Shown one piece after another: positions 18,232-24,150 of a stretch of 24,150 bases of DNA; the stretch's first letter is position 1, and the number at the start of each line of letters is the position of its first letter. A program made the position numbers and the translations under genes. This DNA comes from Candidatus Sumerlaeia bacterium. GTDB lineage: Bacteria; Sumerlaeota; Sumerlaeia; SLMS01. The notes under the pieces are model-generated. The model saw only the letters and a program-made list of their open reading frames with translations. It was not told the DNA's origin and ran no database searches. The stretch spans positions 1 through 24,150 of the forward strand of contig JBBQYG010000051.1 in the NCBI GenBank assembly GCA_038208905.1, in the 5' to 3' direction.

Positions 18232-19152
18232 TCAAATCTTCATCGCGTGGGGGGAAGGACCAGACTCCTCGACCCGACTATTCGACTTGGACATCTCGCG
18301 GCGGCGGAAGTACTCGCGCAGCGAATCGCGCCAATCAGGCAGGGAGTCCATCCCGAGCTGCGCGAACCGAGTGTTGGCCAGCACTGAGTAGGCCGGGCGC
18401 CTTGCGGCGGAGCGGAATTGCTCGCTCAGAATCGGATGCAGGACAAGATAGTCCCGCCCCGCGAGGGCGAAAATCTCCCGCGCAAACTCGTACCAGGAGC
18501 ACTGGCCAGCGTTGGTGATGTGGTAGATGCCCGGCGCATTGACGTCGAGGAGTGTGGAGAGCGCCTGGGCGAGGTCGAACGTAAACGTGGGCCTCCCGAT
18601 CTGGTCGTTCACAAGCGAGATCGTGGATCGCGTTTCGCTGATGCGGAGCATGGTCTCGATGAAGTTGCGAGTATAGTCCCCGCCGAGGCCGTTGAGCCAG
18701 CTCGTGCGGACGATCTTGTACTTCTCCAAGAGCGTCTGGACATACACCTCGCCCAGCAGTTTGCTGCGGCCGTACTCATTGATGGGTTCAGGCGTGTCGC
18801 CCTCGAGGTAGGGCTCGCGCTTCTCGCCCGAGAAAACATAGTCGGTGGACAGATAGATCAACTCGACATCGTTCTCCCGACAGAAGAAGGCAATGTTCTT
18901 GGTCCCCTCGGCGTTCACCCGGTAGGCAAGCAGGGGTTCCTTCTCGGCCCGATCAACCTGTGTGAACGCGGCGCAGTGGATCACATGGGTTGGCCGATGC
19001 TTCTCGATGGCGTCGCGGACCTGACCCAGATCGGTCACGTCCATTGATCCGACGACCATAGGGACAGGGTGAATCCCCGCATCGCGCCCCAAGTGGCGCA
19101 TGACCTCGGTACCCAACATTCCATCGGCGCCGGTCACAAGTACGGTCTTCAA
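18232..19152 (-). CDS. rfbD: dTDP-4-dehydrorhamnose reductase
   Basis: Motifs VLVTGADGMLG, HCAAFTQVDRAE, STDYVFSG, YGRSK (YxxxK), VNDQIGRPT and AARRPAYSVL. A strong GAGGTGA ribosome-binding site precedes the TTG at 19152. Confidence 0.92.
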   Translation of the reverse strand: MKTVLVTGADGMLGTEVMRHLGRDAGIHPVPMVVGSMDVTDLGQVRDAIEKHRPTHVIHCAAFTQVDRAEKEPLLAYRVNAEGTKNIAFFCRENDVELIYLSTDYVFSGEKREPYLEGDTPEPINEYGRSKLLGEVYVQTLLEKYKIVRTSWLNGLGGDYTRNFIETMLRISETRSTISLVNDQIGRPTFTFDLAQALSTLLDVNAPGIYHITNAGQCSWYEFAREIFALAGRDYLVLHPILSEQFRSAARRPAYSVLANTRFAQLGMDSLPDWRDSLREYFRRREMSKSNSRVEESGPSPHAMKI

Positions 19153-19409
19153 GTGATCACCTCTTGGTGGTAGCCCACGGCATACGTGGGGCCTTCGCGT
19201 GATTCTGTGGCCAGTGGGGCAAGATTGGCAACTAAATCGCCGCTTATCCCCCACTTTCATCCTGCCGAGGGTGAAGTTGACGGCAGTCGAATACCCCGTC
19301 CAGCAAAAAGCGGATAAGTCTGCGAAGAAAAAGTGGACCGGTCCCCTCAGGTTGCGGGTGTGACTTGCGCTCTTGGAACCGAAGGGCGCTCAATCGTGTG
19401 ACAAGCGCC

Positions 19410-21449
19410 ATGCCTCCCGGGGTTCCCATGAGCTTTCCCACGAACGAGATTTGGAACCAACTCCATCCCGCCGATGCGTGGCAGGGGAACTGGATCGACT
19501 TTCGACATTCCGACCAAAGCGGACTCGTCAATAGCTTGGGGAGAGCCGCGAAGGTGCCGATCGAGCTTGGGCGGGCGGGCCTTTCGGACGAGGGCCGGAT
19601 CCTCCACACGCTCACCCTTGGCGCGGGGCAGCGGCGGGTGTTGGTCTGGGCGCGCCAGCACGGCGACGAGCCCGATTGCACCGCGGGCCTGATGATGACC
19701 CTGCATGCGCTTCTCCATCCCGACTTCGCGGAATGCGGGCTGGCACCGATACTCGAAAAACTGCGGCTTTGCGTAATGCCGATGGTGAACCCCGACGGCG
19801 TTTCGCGCTTCACGCGCCGCAATGCGCAGGGCATCGACATCAACCGCGACGCCCAGGCGCAGGCAACGCCGGAGGGGCGGGCGTTGCTTGGCGTCAGGAC
19901 AAGCTTCGATCCGGAGGTCTGCTTCAACCTTCACGACATGGATCGCCGCAAGGTGTTGGAGAACGGCGAGCTGGCCGCCTTCGCCTTTCAGGCGTGCCCC
20001 TTCGACGCGACAGACGCCGACAGCCCCGCCCGCCTGCGCGCGAAGCGCCTGTGCGCGCTGATGGCCGGCGCGGCGGGGGTTCACTCCGGCGGCCATGTGG
20101 GCCGCTACGCGGCGGACTTCATGCCGCATGCCTTTGGCGACAACACGGCGGCGGCGGGGCCGGCATCGGTCCTGATGGAGGCCGGCGGCTGGTTCGACGA
20201 TCGCGGCGGAGACGTCTTTGTGCGGCGTCTATACGCGCTGTTCCTGCTACGCGGTCTCTACGCGGTTGCAATGAACGAGGATGAGACCGCGAATGCCGCG
20301 GAATACGATTGCCTTCCCTTCGATACCCCGGGCCGGTTCACCGACCTGCGAATCACGGGGACCGAGGTTCTGAACGGCGCCGGTCGCCCGCCATTCCGCG
20401 CGGATGTTTCGGTCAATCGCCACCAGGAGATGCAGAGGGAATCGCATCGCGATCCGCCGGCCACCATCGAGGGACTTGGCGATCTTTCCCATGACCGCAC
20501 GATGGCCACGGTGCCCTTGCCGGGGGCGATCCTTCTGCCGGGGCTGACGGCCTATGCGCCATCGTATCGATTTTCGGGCGATATACCTAGCGAAGAGGAA
20601 GCGGCGGCTTTCCTTCGCGCGGGCATTACCACGGTGGCCTGTGGATTCGGACCATTTGCCAGCACCCGCGCGCGGGACCAATGGATGGAATTCGTCCAGT
20701 GGAAGCGCCCGCCGCTGAACATCGTCGCGTTCGAGCGCGTGCCCGGCCTCCGCGAAGTCTTTGCCCGGCACGGCCAGACCGAGCTTGCGGGGCTCCTCGT
20801 GCAGGACCTCGAAGTGGCATCGGAGGACCTCCTTCGTCTCTCGCACCTCTTCCATCGCGCCCAGCCAGTGGTCGCCGACGAGTCGGAAACGGGAAGGACA
20901 GTCGCCGCCGACCTATTCCTCCTCGGCGCGCCATCCCCCGGCGGGATACACGTCCACCTTCACCTTACCCCGGTCACCGATCAGAAGGGCCTGACGCAGG
21001 TCCGCGCCGACGACTTCGAGCGCCTTTCCGACGACTTTCTCCAGAGCCCCGGCCAAGTGACGTTCAGCGTGGACGCGCTGGAGGCGCCGCTGGACTGGCT
21101 CCCGGTGCTGACGGGCTACGGAGGCCTTAGCCACGGGCGCCCGCCGCACCCCGAGTTCCTTTCAAACATCATGCGCTACGAGGGGGCGACGGAGGGGAGT
21201 GGCATGGTCGGTGCCGCGAACAAGCTACTGCTGCACGGCGGGCGGCTGCTGCGCTATGGCCGCATGGGGACGGTCGAGGTCGGCAACCGCGCCGACTTGG
21301 CGGCGTTCGCTTCGTCTCTTGGCGAGGGAGAAGCCCGCCCCCCCGACTTCGTCATGCTGAATGGCTATGCCGTGGTTGCCAACGGCGTCGAGGACCTGCG
21401 GCGCGCCCGTGGCGAGTGGTTCTTTGCCCAGGGGATGACGGGGCGCTAG
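19410..21449 (+). CDS. M14 zinc carboxypeptidase domain fused to a degenerate amidohydrolase-like domain
   Basis: M14 motifs QHGDEP, NPDG, RRNAQGIDINRD and FNLHD. The C-terminal half has amidohydrolase scaffold motifs (ADVSV, ILLPGL, LRAGITTV, GTVEVGNRADLAAF, VMLNG). The start is 19410 or 19428. Confidence 0.8.
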   Translation: MPPGVPMSFPTNEIWNQLHPADAWQGNWIDFRHSDQSGLVNSLGRAAKVPIELGRAGLSDEGRILHTLTLGAGQRRVLVWARQHGDEPDCTAGLMMTLHALLHPDFAECGLAPILEKLRLCVMPMVNPDGVSRFTRRNAQGIDINRDAQAQATPEGRALLGVRTSFDPEVCFNLHDMDRRKVLENGELAAFAFQACPFDATDADSPARLRAKRLCALMAGAAGVHSGGHVGRYAADFMPHAFGDNTAAAGPASVLMEAGGWFDDRGGDVFVRRLYALFLLRGLYAVAMNEDETANAAEYDCLPFDTPGRFTDLRITGTEVLNGAGRPPFRADVSVNRHQEMQRESHRDPPATIEGLGDLSHDRTMATVPLPGAILLPGLTAYAPSYRFSGDIPSEEEAAAFLRAGITTVACGFGPFASTRARDQWMEFVQWKRPPLNIVAFERVPGLREVFARHGQTELAGLLVQDLEVASEDLLRLSHLFHRAQPVVADESETGRTVAADLFLLGAPSPGGIHVHLHLTPVTDQKGLTQVRADDFERLSDDFLQSPGQVTFSVDALEAPLDWLPVLTGYGGLSHGRPPHPEFLSNIMRYEGATEGSGMVGAANKLLLHGGRLLRYGRMGTVEVGNRADLAAFASSLGEGEARPPDFVMLNGYAVVANGVEDLRRARGEWFFAQGMTGR

Positions 21450-21538
21450 TCAAGACCCAATTCTCCCTTGCCGCCCTCGCGGGGTGGGCCCGGTGATACG
21501 GGACCGTTTCGCACCCCCTCCCGGAGTTTTGCCGCCAG

Positions 21539-22669
21539 ATGAACCTCGAAGACCTTCGCAAGGAAATCGACGAGATCGACGCCACCATGGTGTCGCTCCT
21601 CGACCGCCGCGCCCAGATCGCCCGCCACGTCGGCCAATCCAAGGCCACGACGGGGCGCCCCACATTCGACCCGGGGCGCGCGAAGGCTGTCGTGCTGAAG
21701 GCCGTGACGACATCCAACGGCGATTTCCCGCGAGAGGGACTCATCTACGTGTTCCGCGAAGTGCTCAGCGCATGCCTCAATCTGCAGAAGCCTCTCCGCG
21801 TCGGATTCCTTGGCCCGCGCGACACCTATGCCCATCAGGCCGCCATCCGGGAGTTCGGTTCCTCCGTGGAGTTCAGCGCCTTCAAGCTGATCCGCGAGGT
21901 CTTTACCTCCGTCGTCAATGGCACCGTGGACTACGGCGTAGTCCCGATCGAGAACAGCACCGGCGGCACCGTGCACACGACACTGGACTCCTTCATCGAG
22001 CACCCATGCGCGATCTGCAGCGAGGTTCTCCTCCCGATTCACCACGCCCTCATCGGCGCCGGGCCCATCGAAAAAATCACCAAGGTATTCAGCCATCCGC
22101 AGGCATTTCTGCAATGCGACCATTGGCTGCGACAGAACCTGCCCAATGCCGAGCGCATCGAGTCGGATTCCACGGGCCAGGGAGTACAGGAGGCCCGCAA
22201 GGATTCCTCCTGGGCCGCCATCGGCAGCGAGATTGCCGCCGGCGACAACGGCCTCAACGTGCTGGCGCGGCAGATTCAGGACAACTTGGACAACACGACC
22301 CGTTTTCTGGTTATCTGCAAGGACGACACTCGCCCGGCGGGCGCCGACAAGACCTCGATCATGTTCAGCGTGAAGGACCGCCCGGGCGCGCTCTTCGACG
22401 TGCTCAAGCCCTTCAAGGACCTCAACATCAACCTGAGCAAGCTGGAGTCGCGGCCCACCAAGCGCCGCGCCTGGGAGCAGGCTTTTTTCGTGGACGCCGA
22501 CGGCCACCGCGACGACTCCAAGCTGGTGGAGGCCATCGAGCGGATCAGCGAGCACTGCGAATCGATCCGCATTCTGGGGAGCTACTCCCGGGACAAGACG
22601 CCGAGCGAAGTGGACGAGTTGCAGCGGCGCGCAATGAAGGAACGGCAGGACGAGGCAGGACAGGCGTAG
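21539..22669 (+). CDS. pheA: Bifunctional chorismate mutase/prephenate dehydratase (P-protein)
   Basis: Chorismate mutase domain LEDLRKEIDEIDATMVSLLDRR; prephenate dehydratase motifs GVVPIENSTGG, SHPQAFLQC and NTTRF; ACT domain with DRPGAL and LESRP. Confidence 0.95.
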   Translation: MNLEDLRKEIDEIDATMVSLLDRRAQIARHVGQSKATTGRPTFDPGRAKAVVLKAVTTSNGDFPREGLIYVFREVLSACLNLQKPLRVGFLGPRDTYAHQAAIREFGSSVEFSAFKLIREVFTSVVNGTVDYGVVPIENSTGGTVHTTLDSFIEHPCAICSEVLLPIHHALIGAGPIEKITKVFSHPQAFLQCDHWLRQNLPNAERIESDSTGQGVQEARKDSSWAAIGSEIAAGDNGLNVLARQIQDNLDNTTRFLVICKDDTRPAGADKTSIMFSVKDRPGALFDVLKPFKDLNINLSKLESRPTKRRAWEQAFFVDADGHRDDSKLVEAIERISEHCESIRILGSYSRDKTPSEVDELQRRAMKERQDEAGQA

Positions 22670-22708
22670 CGACAGCGCGAGCACAAATCCACGCGGGGGC
22701 CATTCGGG

Positions 22709-23722
22709 ATGCGACGCAGAGCCAAGAGGATCTTCTCCATCACCTTTCCCATCCTGTTCGCCTCGCTCGGATGCGTGCATTCGTCGCGCTCGGGGAGCCA
22801 CGGCGCGCTAAGGGATTTCGATTCCGAAAAGGGCCTCATCGAGGTGGCGACCGAGTTTGCCGGCACCGGGGCAACGCGACTCCACCCCGATTATGTATGG
22901 GAGTCGCTCGCGACGCGCGAGGGCGACGAGGAAGTCGGCCGCGCCTTCGACCAAGCCATGGATGAGAAGGATGTGGAATCCATGCGCGAATTGATGCGAG
23001 TTCTGGAGTTGAAGTTCATCCTCGATCCGCAGACCTCCTCGCTCGACCTCCTCGGCAAGGAACTGAGCGACCACTTTCGCAAGTTCGATTGGCAGCCCAC
23101 GGACTATCCCGGGGGCATCGATGGACCCAATGAAATGCTCGCCGATGTGATGGTGGACGCGATGGACAATATGCGCCCCGAGCGGCGCGCCAATCGCTCG
23201 CGCGATGCCGTCCTTCTCAAGAGCGAGGCCACAGAGGATCGTTGGCAGTTCATGACGGACCAGTGGACAGACGTGCCCGGCCAGAAGGACAAAAAGCTCA
23301 ACAAGCATGCGCTGGAATCCTTCGTCGCCATGCACGAGCAGGCGGCGGCGGAGGGCGTGGATCTCGTCATCTCGTCCTCGCATCGCCTTCGGTCAACCGC
23401 CGAGGCCAACGCCGCGCGCGCTAACAATCCCGCCGCCGTCGCCAGCTTCTCCTCTCACTCGCTGGGCCTCGCGATCGACTTCAGGATGACGCAGGGGGAC
23501 CAGAAGTTCGCGATGGTCACCAGTCCGATGTCAGAAGTCGTCCGCATGCGAGAGTCACCCGTTCACAAGTGGCTCCACCTGCGCGGCGAGGAATTCGGAT
23601 GGTATCCGTATCAGAACGAACCTTGGCATTGGGAATATAATCCGCCGGGGTTCAGCAGGGTGTTCTGGAATGATTTCCCCGCCGGCCCTCCCGAGCGGGC
23701 GCTGATCATAGCGGAGGACTAA
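22709..23722 (+). CDS. M15B (VanY-like) D-alanyl-D-alanine carboxypeptidase, probable lipoprotein
   Basis: SxHxxGxAxD (SSHSLGLAIDF), ExxH (EPWHW) and ISSSHR. Basic N-terminus, hydrophobic stretch and ASLGC, a near-lipobox. Confidence 0.85.
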   Translation: MRRRAKRIFSITFPILFASLGCVHSSRSGSHGALRDFDSEKGLIEVATEFAGTGATRLHPDYVWESLATREGDEEVGRAFDQAMDEKDVESMRELMRVLELKFILDPQTSSLDLLGKELSDHFRKFDWQPTDYPGGIDGPNEMLADVMVDAMDNMRPERRANRSRDAVLLKSEATEDRWQFMTDQWTDVPGQKDKKLNKHALESFVAMHEQAAAEGVDLVISSSHRLRSTAEANAARANNPAAVASFSSHSLGLAIDFRMTQGDQKFAMVTSPMSEVVRMRESPVHKWLHLRGEEFGWYPYQNEPWHWEYNPPGFSRVFWNDFPAGPPERALIIAED

Positions 23723-24073
23723 TCGTGTTGTATTCAACTTCCAGTGCTGGAACTGCATGGCGATTGCGTGGGGGCTGGACAGCGATAAAACCCCCACTTT
23801 TATCCATGTGAAAAAAACCGTCTTGACACCCACGCTCCGAATAAAGAGGCTCCTATCAGGTTGAACAAGACCGAGAAAGCCGCGCGACTGATGGAAATTT
23901 ATGACAATCCCTTCCTCCCGCACTGTGATGCGACAATATCCGATGATCGGATAGAGCGGGATCGCGTCGAGTTGGTCTTGCCGATCATTCTTCCATGGCT
24001 TGCCGAGTGGGTCTCCGATGTTAACTGGGGCACGAGCCTTGTCGGGCCCAGGTTGCGCTGTGGCGCTGCTCAT
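23555..24073 (-). CDS. Hypothetical protein, 3' end doubtful
   Basis: Its ATG (24073-24071) overlaps the TGA of an upstream minus-strand frame (ATGA coupling). As written it overlaps the convergent M15B gene by 168 nt. Confidence 0.3.
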   Translation of the reverse strand: MSSATAQPGPDKARAPVNIGDPLGKPWKNDRQDQLDAIPLYPIIGYCRITVREEGIVINFHQSRGFLGLVQPDRSLFIRSVGVKTVFFTWIKVGVLSLSSPHAIAMQFQHWKLNTTRLVLRYDQRPLGRAGGEIIPEHPAEPRRIIFPMPRFVLIRIPSEFLAAQVEPLVNG

Positions 24074-24150
24074 ACTGAAACCCCCGCAGCCTCGGCTTCG
24101 GCCTCGATCCAGTCGTAGCCGCGTTCTTCCAGTTCAAAGGCAAGCGCCTT
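24070..24150 (-). CDS. C-terminal fragment of a gene entering from the right edge (hypothetical)
   Basis: Open frame from 24150 reads KALAFELEERGYDWIEAEAEAAGVSV-stop, which is protein-like and ends in an ATGA overlap with the next ORF. Confidence 0.4.
   Translation of the reverse strand, partial: KALAFELEERGYDWIEAEAEAAGVSV

Noticed and set aside
19244..19317. DnaA-box-like TTATCC words suggesting an origin
   Set aside because: There are only two degenerate matches to TTATCCACA, no AT-rich unwinding element, and no dnaA/dnaN context.
21446..22965. 451-aa minus-strand and 493-aa plus-strand ORFs over pheA
   Set aside because: These are shadow and alternate frames of a clearly conserved pheA, with low-complexity composition.
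23823..23851. Perfect TTGACA -35 hexamer
   Set aside because: There is no acceptable -10 element at 16-18 nt spacing; TAAAGA lies only 13 nt away.
23861..24118. 85-aa + strand ORF
   Set aside because: It has a TTG start and no motifs, and it conflicts with the minus-strand frames supported by ATGA coupling. It cannot be fully excluded.
1..24150. CRISPR arrays, tRNA/rRNA, IS elements, defence systems
   Set aside because: I saw no regularly spaced repeats, cloverleaf or rRNA signatures, transposase or integrase motifs, or nuclease/ATPase defence domains.

Overview
GC-rich bacterial chromosomal window with dense, mostly housekeeping and envelope coding sequence. I found no rRNA, tRNA, CRISPR array, integrase or transposase. 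In order: a 5'-truncated trypsin-like (S1C) protease; a secreted DUF3352-like protein; a GT4-type glycosyltransferase; a translationally coupled zinc-ribbon and membrane-anchored DUF1858 (CxxC) pair; a secreted SGNH/GDSL esterase; a LURP-one/scramblase-like protein; a GH63 (MGH1-like) glucosidase; three coupled polytopic GT-C-like membrane proteins (ArnT/PMT-like, GT87-like, DUF6798-like); a reverse-strand run of mqnA, ilvA and a clan MA metallopeptidase; a DUF1579 protein; a lone rfbD; an M14 carboxypeptidase fused to an apparently dead amidohydrolase-like domain; pheA; an M15B D,D-carboxypeptidase; and an ambiguous lower-GC right end. The best candidates for an undescribed system are the scramblase-like/GH63/triple GT-C glycosylation locus, the zinc-ribbon plus membrane DUF1858 redox pair, the M14-pseudo-amidohydrolase fusion, and a possible C-terminal W-x-x-Y sorting tag. 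All family calls come from recognising motifs by eye, not from database searches.
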